DNA of 64,000 nucleotides from Nitrospirota bacterium (GTDB lineage: Bacteria > Nitrospirota > UBA9217). The DNA lies in NCBI GenBank assembly GCA_029858565.1, contig JAOUEV010000005.1, forward strand, positions 32,001 to 96,000, given 5' to 3'. Within the stretch, counting starts at the first letter, position 1; every line of letters begins with the position of its first letter. This document shows, piece by piece, positions 1-8,590 of the stretch. Made by a program: the position numbers and the translations under genes. The notes under the pieces are model-generated. The model saw only the letters and a list, made by a program, of their open reading frames with translations. It was not told the DNA's origin and ran no database searches.

Positions 1-718
1 AGGCCCGGATGATCTCACGGCCCCTCGGCGAAATCGAAGTGAACTGCAAACCCATTCCTGAAAGGCCGGAATTTCCAGCTCCCGCCGGACTAAGGTAGAC
101 CACCCTCGCTTCAGCGGTTATCGTCTCGCCATGGAGGGTCAGATCGATACGGACCAGCGTCTGCACGGTAAAGGTCGTCCGGCTGCGAAGATACACGCCA
201 TTGACCGACAGGTTCGTCACGGCCTCGCCCGCGCCGGCATCAAGCGCTCGGCCGTTCAGCATTGCGGGAAGACTGGTCGGAATGCGAAAGTCGGCGCGGC
301 GTGAACGGGGGTTTATGATACGGTTGATCGCCTGGTACAGATCATTCGCCTGAACAGGGATCGGAAGCGCCCCGGCTGCGCCAGCATCGCCGCATCGTTT
401 GCTGAAATCCCGGTCGTGTTCCCGGGTCATGATGAGAACCGGGACTGCAGCGGTCCGGACTTCGTCCCGCAGGCGGTGCATCAGAGCGAGACCGGTCATC
501 CCCCTGAGGTCCATGGCGGCGATGACGAGGGACGGCGGAGAATAATGCGCCATTTCAAGGGCCTTATCCGCCGCGTTCGCCGTGCACACGAGATACCCGA
601 GCCGCTGGAGGATCATGGCCATGATGACCAGGCTCTGAGCATCGCTGTCCACGACAAGCACAAAGCCGCTGCCGCGCCCCTCTGCTGGCGGTTTGTTCTT
701 CCCTCCGGGTTCACCCAT
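1..718 (-). CDS. Pseudo-receiver (REC-like) + PilZ domain protein, 3'-truncated by window edge
   Basis: Not in the ORF track; translated by hand from ATG 718 (AGGAGG RBS upstream). MGEPGGK..FVLVVDSDAQ..PSLVIAAMDL..VPVLIMT (REC-like), then RRADFR and NLSVNG (PilZ RxxxR and D/NxSxxG), and GMGLQF. Confidence 0.8.
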   Translation of the reverse strand, partial: MGEPGGKNKPPAEGRGSGFVLVVDSDAQSLVIMAMILQRLGYLVCTANAADKALEMAHYSPPSLVIAAMDLRGMTGLALMHRLRDEVRTAAVPVLIMTREHDRDFSKRCGDAGAAGALPIPVQANDLYQAINRIINPRSRRADFRIPTSLPAMLNGRALDAGAGEAVTNLSVNGVYLRSRTTFTVQTLVRIDLTLHGETITAEARVVYLSPAGAGNSGLSGMGLQFTSISPRGREIIRA

Positions 719-841
719 GATATATTCCTCCTGCTGATGAGGAAAGTACTCTACCTGAGGAAAAAGGGCAAGCGAAAAGAGTGGAGAAGGAGGGGAGAAT
801 GGATCAACAGGCTGGATACGTGCGGACCTTCGCGGCCGCGG

Positions 842-1663
842 TCATTTACCGATCTTCTTGAGCCGTTCCTTTGCTTTCTCGGCCTCAGGCGTCCCGGGAT
901 AGTCCTTCACCACCCGGTGCAGGTGCTCCCTGGCCTTGGCATTGTGCTTTTCGTTCAGGTAAGAATAGCCGATCTTGAGCCTGGCTCCCGGAGCTTTTTC
1001 GCTCTTGGGGTATGCCTTCAGGACCTTGGTGAACTCGGTGATCGCCTTGTCGTATTCCTTCTTGCTGTAGAAACACTCTCCGATCCAGTACTGCGCGCTG
1101 TCAGCCTGGCTGGTATCGGGAAATTGCTTCAGATAGTTCTCGAATCCGGCGATGGCAAGATCGTAGTTCCCTTTGTCGTAATCGGACTTGGCCTGCTGAT
1201 AGGCTTCGGTCGGTGTCGGCTGTTTGGCCTCGGGCTTCTTCTCGCCCTCGGCAGCATCCGCGGTCCCGGTGGGCAGGGACTTTGTCCTGTTCTCGAGCTG
1301 CTCGACCCGGGCTGCCAATTCGGCAAGCCTGAACTTGTTGTCATCGAGCTTCTGGGCGAGCTCCTTGATGCGGAAATTGTTCTCTTCGAGCCGCCCCTGA
1401 AGGATCTGAAGATCGGTCACAAGCTGGTCGTGACGCGTGCCCTGGTCAGCCATTTTCTGCTGGATGTCCAGCGTGCCCTTGATGTTCTCCTCGAGCAGAT
1501 CCTGGCGCTTCTGGATGCCCGACAGGTCCGGCACCTGCGACCGGACCACCTTCATCTCGGCGCGAAGGTCGCCCATCTCACCCCGCAGTTTGACCAGTTC
1601 AGCCTGGGGAGCGCAGCCCGTTGTGAGAAGCAGTATGCCAAGAACGTACGTTCGCGCGGACAT
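842..1663 (-). CDS. cpoB: Tol-Pal system protein CpoB/YbgF
   Basis: Lipobox TTGC, coiled-coil N-terminus, TPR C-terminus (AQYWIGECFY, ARLKIG); directly downstream of pal. Confidence 0.92.
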   Translation of the reverse strand: MSARTYVLGILLLTTGCAPQAELVKLRGEMGDLRAEMKVVRSQVPDLSGIQKRQDLLEENIKGTLDIQQKMADQGTRHDQLVTDLQILQGRLEENNFRIKELAQKLDDNKFRLAELAARVEQLENRTKSLPTGTADAAEGEKKPEAKQPTPTEAYQQAKSDYDKGNYDLAIAGFENYLKQFPDTSQADSAQYWIGECFYSKKEYDKAITEFTKVLKAYPKSEKAPGARLKIGYSYLNEKHNAKAREHLHRVVKDYPGTPEAEKAKERLKKIGK

Positions 1664-1679
1664 GGGGACCTCTTCAGGG

Positions 1680-1717
1680 AAAAAGCAGGCGGGGACGGAT
1701 TGATTCCCGTCCCCGCC
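1680..1717 (-). terminator. Intrinsic terminator-like hairpin after pal
   Basis: GGCGGGGACGG / CCGTCCCCGCC inverted repeat followed by a T-rich tract on the minus strand. Confidence 0.6.
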
Positions 1718-1724
1718 GCAGGGA

Positions 1725-2333
1725 TCACTCGTTTACGACAAAATCATCGCGCCGATTCTTCTGCCAGCACTCTTCGGTGGCATCGGTGCAGGTCGGCTTT
1801 TCCTTGCCATAGCTGATCAACGATATCCGCTTCGACGAGATGCCGAGGTCGGTGAGATATTTCTTCGCAGCAGCGGCCCGGCGCTGTCCGAGCGCCTGGT
1901 TGTATTCAATGGTGCCGCGCTCATCGCAATTGCCCTCGATACGGATCTTGGCCTTGGGATTCGCCTTCATCCACTGGGCGTTCGCCTTCATTGCCTCCTT
2001 GGCGTCGGAGCGCACAAAGGACTTGTCGAAGTCAAAGTAAATGGGCTGCATGCTGTTTGCTTCCTTGGCTGCCCGCTCCTTTGCCGCTTCTTCCTCGGCG
2101 CGCTTCGCCGCTTCAGCAGCCTCGGCTGCTTTCCGCTCCTCTTCCGCCCTGCGGGACTCCTCGGCAAGCCGCTCTTCCTCTGCCTTGCGCTTCTCATACT
2201 CCGACTGGACCGGCTCGGCCTGCTTCTGCTCTTCCGGCGCAGAGCTCACTTCCGCCTTCTTGGGACAACCCCACAATGTGGTCAGGCTCAACAACAGGAT
2301 GGCTGACAACATCAAAGCACTGGTTCTTCTCAT
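1725..2333 (-). CDS. pal: Peptidoglycan-associated lipoprotein Pal
   Basis: Lipobox LWGC; OmpA-like domain IYFDFDKS..IEGNCDERGTIEYNQALGQRRA..SYGKEKP..NRR. Confidence 0.96.
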   Translation of the reverse strand: MRRTSALMLSAILLLSLTTLWGCPKKAEVSSAPEEQKQAEPVQSEYEKRKAEEERLAEESRRAEEERKAAEAAEAAKRAEEEAAKERAAKEANSMQPIYFDFDKSFVRSDAKEAMKANAQWMKANPKAKIRIEGNCDERGTIEYNQALGQRRAAAAKKYLTDLGISSKRISLISYGKEKPTCTDATEECWQKNRRDDFVVNE

Positions 2334-2434
2334 ATCGTCCTCCTCGTAGTTTTTTATCTTGCTGGTAAAGCCCTGCGAATCCGGAAAAGATGTGGAAAGA
2401 AACGCGATAACGATCGCATCGCGCTATGAACTAT

Positions 2435-2463
2435 ACAATAGCACAGAGCGAAGATGAAGTCAA
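2435..2463 (-). promoter_or_regulatory. Putative sigma70 promoter for pal-cpoB
   Basis: TTGACT-17 bp-TATTGT with TG extended -10 on the minus strand. Confidence 0.55.
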
Positions 2464-2476
2464 TTCATTGCTCGCA

Positions 2477-4453
2477 TTACCTGCTCCGGCCCAGCTGTTT
2501 CATGACGCTGCTGCCATGGATAGAACGCGGCAACTCCGCCTCGGTAATGACCGGAGCAAGGCAGGTATCACCGATGCACGGTATGACCCTGCCATTGTCC
2601 TCGCCATAGATGATCACGGTCGCCGGTCCACACACCCGTAGCGCAGCCCTGGCGAGGTCGCTCTCGGGAGCCGCCTCGACCGTGAACTTCACCATGCTGA
2701 ACCAGGCTTCAAGACCTGCATAGTATGTTCCACCGTGCACGCCAAGTTCAGTTGCCGATGGCGCGAATATCCGGAGCGACGATTCGGCGGCACTTAGATA
2801 TTCCTTGCGGTCCGTAAGATGATAGAGCTTAAGCAGCACCGGGATCGCGGTCCCGTTCGCCGAGGGATGAGGAATATCCTCGATCCGCATCAGACGGGTT
2901 CCGAGCACACCACCGTCGGTATCGTTGAATCCGCCTGCCTGATCGCCGAACCGCCGGATACACCGGTCCATGAGTTCCCGGGCCAGCTCAAGGCAGCGGA
3001 CATCGGCCGTTGCCTCATAGGCAGAGACCAGCGCATCAATAAGATGGATGTAGTCATCCAGCAGTCCCGCAACGCCCTCAACATGAAGCACGCTGCTGTC
3101 AATGACCCGTTCACGCAGGATTCGTTCAAGGCTGAGCAGCGCGAAATCCCTGAGGTCAGCGCGCCCCAGCACGCGGTAGGCTTTCAGGAACGAGCTAATG
3201 AACATGCTGTTGAGCGACGTATAAAGGGTCCGGTCAACAAATGGCGCCTTTCGCTCCTTCCGCGCAGCAAGCAGCTTTCTCGTTCCCTGTTCGAGGAGCT
3301 CATGAACCCGGGCCGGCTGCATCCTGAGCTCAGACGCCACGGCTGACTCGGTCAGCGCCTCGCGCAGCACCCGTTTGTCCGGATCGTGGTGCAGGGTCCC
3401 CCGTTCATGGAGGAAGCGCAGGGTCAGGACCTGGTACTCATCGATCGTCAGCAGCCCTTTGAACTCCTCATCGGTCCAGGTGAAGTACCCCCCTTCATCA
3501 TCAGGCGTCACATCAGCGTCCTGGCTGGCAAAGAACCCGCCGTCGGGATCGGACAGCTCCTCGCGGACGAACCGGATGATGTCCTCCGCCACCTCGCGGT
3601 AGCGCTCGTCGCCGAACAGTCCGTAGGCATCGAGATAGTTCCGCAGGAGCCAGGCGTTGTCATCGGCCATCTTCTCGAAATGCGGGACATGCCATCCCTC
3701 ATCCACCGAATAGCGGTGGAACCCGCCGGCAAGCTGATCATGAAAACCGCCGGCAGCCATGGCATCGAGCGTGGACCTGACCGCTTCCGCGGCCTGTACG
3801 CTGCCCGAGGCCGCACGGCGGATAAGGAACTCCAGCACCCCGGGCAGGGGGAACTTCGGCGCTTTCCCGAATCCGCCGTTCACCGGGTCGAAGTGTTCCA
3901 GCATGGCTTTTTCAGCACGGTCGAGCGCGCCGCGTTCCAGGTCGCCCGGCGTGAGCTGTTCCGGCGCAAGCGCCTCCATGACTCGGATGCCGTATGCTGC
4001 AGCTTCCAGCGATCGGGAGCCATAGAAATCCCGCACAGATGCGAGCACTTTTCTGAATCCCGGCCTCCCGAAACGGTCTTCCGGAGGAAAGTAGGTGCCG
4101 CCGAAAAAAGGCGTGCGGTCCGGGGTAAGGAAGACCGAGAGCGGCCATCCGCCTGCGCTCCCCATGAGCGCGATGGCTTGCTGGTACCTGCGGTCGATGT
4201 CCGGCCGCTCATCGCGGTCGAGCTTGATGCTGATGAACTGTTCGTTCAGGACCCTTGCTACCTCGCCGTCGGAGAAGGTCTCCTGCGCCATCACATGACA
4301 CCAGTGACACCACACGCCGCCTGATGACAGGAACACCGGTTTGTTCTCGGCGCGGGCCCGCTCGAATGCTTCGTCGCACCAGGGATACCAATCAATGGGC
4401 TGGTCAGCCGCATGTTTGAGGTACGGTGATCGTTCGTTGGCAAGTCTGTTCAT
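2477..4453 (-). CDS. YyaL/SSP411-like thioredoxin-domain + six-hairpin glycosidase-like protein (DUF255)
   Basis: MNRLANERSPYLKHAADQPIDW, WCHWCHVM, DRDERPDID, GGWPL, PHFEKM motifs. Confidence 0.9.
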   Translation of the reverse strand: MNRLANERSPYLKHAADQPIDWYPWCDEAFERARAENKPVFLSSGGVWCHWCHVMAQETFSDGEVARVLNEQFISIKLDRDERPDIDRRYQQAIALMGSAGGWPLSVFLTPDRTPFFGGTYFPPEDRFGRPGFRKVLASVRDFYGSRSLEAAAYGIRVMEALAPEQLTPGDLERGALDRAEKAMLEHFDPVNGGFGKAPKFPLPGVLEFLIRRAASGSVQAAEAVRSTLDAMAAGGFHDQLAGGFHRYSVDEGWHVPHFEKMADDNAWLLRNYLDAYGLFGDERYREVAEDIIRFVREELSDPDGGFFASQDADVTPDDEGGYFTWTDEEFKGLLTIDEYQVLTLRFLHERGTLHHDPDKRVLREALTESAVASELRMQPARVHELLEQGTRKLLAARKERKAPFVDRTLYTSLNSMFISSFLKAYRVLGRADLRDFALLSLERILRERVIDSSVLHVEGVAGLLDDYIHLIDALVSAYEATADVRCLELARELMDRCIRRFGDQAGGFNDTDGGVLGTRLMRIEDIPHPSANGTAIPVLLKLYHLTDRKEYLSAAESSLRIFAPSATELGVHGGTYYAGLEAWFSMVKFTVEAAPESDLARAALRVCGPATVIIYGEDNGRVIPCIGDTCLAPVITEAELPRSIHGSSVMKQLGRSR

Positions 4454-4463
4454 AAGAAATCCC

Positions 4464-4608
4464 GATTAAGGATTAATACGCCAAACAGGGATTACAGGAT
4501 CAGAGGATTATGAGAATACTTGTTCTGCCATATCCCCAGATCTTTTACCCCGCTAGTCCTTCCTTAGCGCCTTGATCCTTCCCTCCTCACAGTCCTTGCT
4601 CCTTCCCC
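4464..4608. repeat. Degenerate GGATTA-family tandem array with a TCCT-rich opposing arm
   Basis: gattaaggattaa..gggattacaggatcagaggatta (4464-4510), then repeated tcct units (4553-4608); related to 49611-49720. Confidence 0.5.
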
Positions 4609-4610
4609 AG

Positions 4611-5057
4611 TCAGAACGTCCCGGGGTCTTCCTTCGGCAATGTTTCCTCATCGAACGGGAGGACGCCCAGCTCGGTCATCAACTTCTCGAAATCCGACAT
4701 CAGCGACCGGTGGTCGATGTCGGAAAGATCATCGCTGAAGCTCCGCACGGTGAGACGGTCGAACAGGTCGTAATCGAAAATACCGGAGATCGCTTTGGTT
4801 CGGACCAGGGCCTGGTACACCATCCGATCGTCCTGCGCATCACGAGCGGAACGGAGGCCGATCTGCACGCGCCGCTCAGGCGATGCTGCGTACCACTCAA
4901 GCGCCGCACTCAGCGCGTCGGCAATTGCCGCGACGCCCGCGGCGATCTTTCCCTGGCGAAGCCGCCGGCGTCCGCCGCGGATATGGAGCCGGGCCCGAAG
5001 CAATGGCCCTTCCTCCGGCCCCATGGACCGCTCATGCATCAAACCTGCGTGGGGCAT
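4611..5057 (-). CDS. Conserved hypothetical protein
   Basis: ORF MPHAGLM..RARLHIRGGRRRLRQGK..LPKEDPGTF with a GAGGTGG RBS before ATG 5057. Confidence 0.7.
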   Translation of the reverse strand: MPHAGLMHERSMGPEEGPLLRARLHIRGGRRRLRQGKIAAGVAAIADALSAALEWYAASPERRVQIGLRSARDAQDDRMVYQALVRTKAISGIFDYDLFDRLTVRSFSDDLSDIDHRSLMSDFEKLMTELGVLPFDEETLPKEDPGTF

Positions 5058-5164
5058 GGTCACCACCTCTTCTCTTGTCAATTGCGGATAAGGTTTCCCT
5101 GATTTAGATTATAGCACCGGGGAACGGGAGAATGGGCGAGTAACAGGCGCGTTCTGGGGATGGT

Positions 5165-6445
5165 TCAGGGCGACCAGGCCGGCGAGGTATAGTTGGCGTC
5201 GTTCGGCGTCAAGCGTTCGATGTCCGTGCCGTCGGCGTTCATGATATAAATGCCGTACTTCCCGGACCGGTTGGAACTGAAGAGGATCTGCCTGCCTGAA
5301 GGGGACCACATGGGATTCTCGTCGCTGCCCGGACCGTCGGTGATGATGCGCATGTCCATGCCGTCGGGAGCGATCGTGGCGATCTTGAACTGCCCGCGCA
5401 CCTGCGATGCGAACACGATGCGGTCGCCGCGGGGCGACCAGTGGGGAGACGCGTTGTAGTTCCCGTCGAAGGTGATGCGGCGCACGTCGGAGCCATCCAC
5501 GCTCATGATATACAGCTGGGGCGTACCGCCCCTGCCCGAGGTGAACACGATCTCCCGTCCGTTGGGCGACCAGGCAGGCGAGACATTGTCCGCGATGCCG
5601 TAGGTGAGCCGCTCCAGATCGTTGCCGTCCCTGTTCAGGGTGTAGATCTCCGCTCCGCCGTCGCGGGACAGGGCGATGGCAAGCCGTTTGCCGTTCGGCG
5701 ACCAGGCAGGCGAGATGTTCAGCCCCTCGTGGCCCGAGATCTTCCAGCGCCGACCCGTCTCCATGTCCAGGCCGTACAGGTCCGGGTTCTTTTCCTTGTA
5801 GGAAACATAGGCCAGGATCTTGCCGTCGGGGCTCCATGCCGGGGACATGCAGATCGACCGGTCGGCGGTCAGCCGCTTGGGATTCAAGCCGTCGTAGTCC
5901 ATCACATAAAGTTCTTTGCGGCCGGTCTTGTCGGAAACAAAGGCGATGCGGGTCTTTGCGATCCCCCGTTCGCCGGTATATTGGGAAACGATCTCGTCTG
6001 CAAAGGTATGGGCCATGCGCCTGAGCAGTTCCCCGTTGCCGATGTACTCCCGGCTGGCCATGCGAAGGCCGGTTGCAGCGTCATAGAGCCTGCCGGTCAG
6101 CACAATATCTCCGCCCCGCCGCGACAGGCTTGCCCATGCCACACCCGACAGGCCAAAGGTCCCTCCGCGCTTGATCACCTCGGCAGGAGGCTCCTCCGCG
6201 GCGCTGTAGCGCAGGTCCAGCTTCTTCGGGTCCATGACATCGAAGATCTGGGAGCGCCTGAGGTCCGCCTGAAGCACATCACGTGCGAGCTTGCGCAGAT
6301 CCGGTGCCGAGAGGTCATCGAATACATCGAGCACCACGATGGGGATCTTCTTTGCCTCGCCCTTGATCACGCCAAGATAGAACTGGGCGGCTGCGGGAGC
6401 GGCAATGAGCAGAGACAGCAGTATGATTGAGAAAATGCGTTTCAT
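5165..6445 (-). CDS. tolB: Tol-Pal beta-propeller protein TolB
   Basis: Signal peptide, TolB_N region, repeated SPAWSP PD40 blades. Confidence 0.95.
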   Translation of the reverse strand: MKRIFSIILLSLLIAAPAAAQFYLGVIKGEAKKIPIVVLDVFDDLSAPDLRKLARDVLQADLRRSQIFDVMDPKKLDLRYSAAEEPPAEVIKRGGTFGLSGVAWASLSRRGGDIVLTGRLYDAATGLRMASREYIGNGELLRRMAHTFADEIVSQYTGERGIAKTRIAFVSDKTGRKELYVMDYDGLNPKRLTADRSICMSPAWSPDGKILAYVSYKEKNPDLYGLDMETGRRWKISGHEGLNISPAWSPNGKRLAIALSRDGGAEIYTLNRDGNDLERLTYGIADNVSPAWSPNGREIVFTSGRGGTPQLYIMSVDGSDVRRITFDGNYNASPHWSPRGDRIVFASQVRGQFKIATIAPDGMDMRIITDGPGSDENPMWSPSGRQILFSSNRSGKYGIYIMNADGTDIERLTPNDANYTSPAWSP

Positions 6446-6460
6446 GGAATCGTTCTTTTA

Positions 6461-6580
6461 TGACGTCGTAATGCAGTCATAGGGCAGTCGTACTGCGGTC
6501 ATGATGCAGTCATAAAGCCGCCAGACTGCTTCTCGACCGCCTTTCGACTGCTCTTAGCGACTGCCTCATGACTGTTTCTC
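6461..6580. repeat. Inverted pair of 11-bp-period tandem arrays (GCAGTC x5 / GACTGC x5)
   Basis: Cores at 6462, 6473, 6484, 6495, 6506; reverse-complement cores at 6524, 6535, 6546, 6559, 6570. Confidence 0.85.
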
Positions 6581-6582
6581 GC

Positions 6583-7317
6583 CTATTCCTGTTCCATCAG
6601 ATCCACGCTGAAGGTCTCCTGCTCCTTGAAGAATCCCTCGGGCAGCGGGGGAAATGGGCTGGACGAGAGAATGGCGCGCATGGCAGCCTGGTCGAAGTAG
6701 AAGTTGCCGCTCGACGTCATCAGCTTCGCGTCGCCCACCCGTCCCGAGCGCAGGACCGAGAACAGGACCGTAACCTTAGCGCCCTTGACCCCGGGAGGCG
6801 GTGTCCAGTTCCGCTCCACCTTGTCCCGCAGGATCGCTACATAGGGCGGGAACGGGAACGCCTGCCCGCCGCTTGCCACAGCCACGGATACCGCTTCCTG
6901 GCGCTTGCCTGTTCCTTCGGGAGCGGCTGCAGGCTTGTCATCGGCGGCCTCTTTTCGTTTTCCCGTTTCAAGGTCCGGCATGGCGCTCTTTGGCGCGGGA
7001 GCAGCCTTGGCAGGGCCTGTTTTGGCTTTCGAAGCACCCGGCTTTGTCCGGGAAACGCGGGGAGCCGGCTTCTTCGGCGCGGCAGCCGGCTCAACCGGTG
7101 CGGTCTGCGGTTGTGCCGACGGCGGCAGCGACGTGTCAGCGGGAAGGTCCACCAGGTTCACCCGGTAAAAAGGCGGAACAACGACCCGCTGCCTGATCTG
7201 CTGGGTAAGGAAGAAGGCTCCGAAAAAAAAGATGATATGGATGAAAAAAGAAAAGAAGACAGCCGCCGTGAGTTCGCTTCCGGACTGGCCGATCCTCTTG
7301 CCGGTGAGCAGCCTCAT
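6583..7317 (-). CDS. tolA: TolA/TonB C-terminal domain protein
   Basis: N-terminal TM helix with SxxxH, P/A/K-rich linker, TonB_C-like domain (VERNW..SSGNFYFDQAAMRAI..PFPPLP); lies between tolR and tolB. Confidence 0.8.
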   Translation of the reverse strand: MRLLTGKRIGQSGSELTAAVFFSFFIHIIFFFGAFFLTQQIRQRVVVPPFYRVNLVDLPADTSLPPSAQPQTAPVEPAAAPKKPAPRVSRTKPGASKAKTGPAKAAPAPKSAMPDLETGKRKEAADDKPAAAPEGTGKRQEAVSVAVASGGQAFPFPPYVAILRDKVERNWTPPPGVKGAKVTVLFSVLRSGRVGDAKLMTSSGNFYFDQAAMRAILSSSPFPPLPEGFFKEQETFSVDLMEQE

Positions 7318-7739
7318 TTGCCGCTGTCGCCTCCCGGCGGCACGGCCTCGGTGACCATCCCCAGCTTGTCGATCCCCGCGCGCTTCACCAGGTCCATGAC
7401 CTGCACGACGGCCCCGTAGGGAGCGTCCCTGTCCGCGCGGAGGTAGACATTCACCTGGGGTTTGCTCTTCCGGATCGCCCCCAGCACGCCGCCGAGCTGC
7501 TCGATGTCGACGCGCTCCTTCTCCACGAAGACCTCCCGGCCCTTGGTCACCGTGATCACGACGCGGTCCTCGGACTTGATCGTGTTCGCGCCCGACCGGG
7601 GCAGGTTCACGTCCAGCCCTCTGCTCATCATGGGCGAAATGATCATGTAGAAGAAGAGCACGACAAGCAGCACGTCGATGAGCGGCACCAGGTTCAGTTC
7701 GCGCATCACGTGGCTTTGCCGGCGCTGCGGTTTTCTCAT
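7314..7739 (-). CDS. tolR: TolR/ExbD biopolymer transporter
   Basis: ELNLVPLIDVLLV and LRADRDAPYGAVVQVMD motifs; tol operon context. Confidence 0.88.
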   Translation of the reverse strand: MRKPQRRQSHVMRELNLVPLIDVLLVVLFFYMIISPMMSRGLDVNLPRSGANTIKSEDRVVITVTKGREVFVEKERVDIEQLGGVLGAIRKSKPQVNVYLRADRDAPYGAVVQVMDLVKRAGIDKLGMVTEAVPPGGDSGK

Positions 7740-8458
7740 GACCGCTTCCTCAGATGGGTCCTGTTGATGAAGCTCAGAAGCTCGATGGAGAACGAATCCA
7801 TCCGCGTGCCGATATCGCGGATCTTCTCGGCAAAGAAATTATAGGCGATCACCGCCGGAATGGCCACGAACAGGCCGCCCGACGTGTTGATCAGCGCTTC
7901 GGCCAGGCCCGGCGCCAGCGCGCCAATGTCCCCGGAGCCCTTCAGCCCGATGCCGTAGAAAGCGTCCATGATGCCCCAGACCGTTCCGAAGAGGCCGAGG
8001 AGCGGTCCGACCGTGCCGGTCGTTCCGAGAAAGGCGAGGTAGCGTTCCATGTACATGACCTCGTCCTGCGTGGTCATATGCAGAGCCCGCTCGATCTCCT
8101 CGCTGATGCCCGGGATATCGCCCTCCGCCACCTTGCCGGCAGGAAGGGTCCGCACGATCGCCTCGGTCTCCCGGTAGCCTTCAAGGAACAGCGTCGCAAG
8201 AGGGCTGTATTTCATCACCTCGGCGCGCTTCAGCAGTTCCTGCACGTCCTTGGTCCTCCGGAACTCGACGAGAAAGGCCTTGGATTCCCGTTCCGCGCGC
8301 CGCAGATACTGGTACTTGAGCAGGATCATGGCCCAGGACACGATGGAGAAGCAGAGCAGGATGCCCATGATGACCTTGCCCATCCACCCCGCTTCCCAGA
8401 ACAGGCCGACGATCCCGGGCGCCATGCCGGGGGAAGCTGCTACCGCGAGTGCGAACAT
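7736..8458 (-). CDS. tolQ: TolQ/ExbB proton channel protein
   Basis: GPLLGLFGTVWGIM, APGLAEAL, AIPAVIAYN motifs. Confidence 0.9.
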   Translation of the reverse strand: MFALAVAASPGMAPGIVGLFWEAGWMGKVIMGILLCFSIVSWAMILLKYQYLRRAERESKAFLVEFRRTKDVQELLKRAEVMKYSPLATLFLEGYRETEAIVRTLPAGKVAEGDIPGISEEIERALHMTTQDEVMYMERYLAFLGTTGTVGPLLGLFGTVWGIMDAFYGIGLKGSGDIGALAPGLAEALINTSGGLFVAIPAVIAYNFFAEKIRDIGTRMDSFSIELLSFINRTHLRKRS

Positions 8459-8478
8459 GTGATACCTCCAAAGGATTC

Positions 8479-8590
8479 AGTGACAAGTGAGAGGAGACCG
8501 AGGAATCAGCGACAAGTGACGAGGGACAAGCGACAAGAAAAAGCGATCGCCTCTCCCTTGCTCGTCTCTGGTCACTCGTCGCTCGTCACG
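8479..8590. repeat. Inverted 7-bp tandem arrays (AGTGACA-like / CTCGTCA-like)
   Basis: agcgaca-agtgacg-agggaca-agcgaca (8508-8535) plus 8479-8499, versus ctcgtct-ctggtca-ctcgtcg-ctcgtca (8561-8588); the last unit contains the moeA stop codon. Confidence 0.8.

Noticed and set aside
770-805. Purine-rich GGAGAA-like repeats here and at 5119-5140
   Set aside because: Too short and degenerate to call as arrays, though they may be eroded members.
416-1816. 466-aa plus-strand ORF
   Set aside because: Antisense shadow of cpoB, pal and the REC-PilZ gene; no recognisable motifs.
6461-6580. Possible mini-CRISPR array
   Set aside because: Cores are 6 bp with 5-bp spacers and switch orientation; no 23-47-bp repeats and no cas genes.
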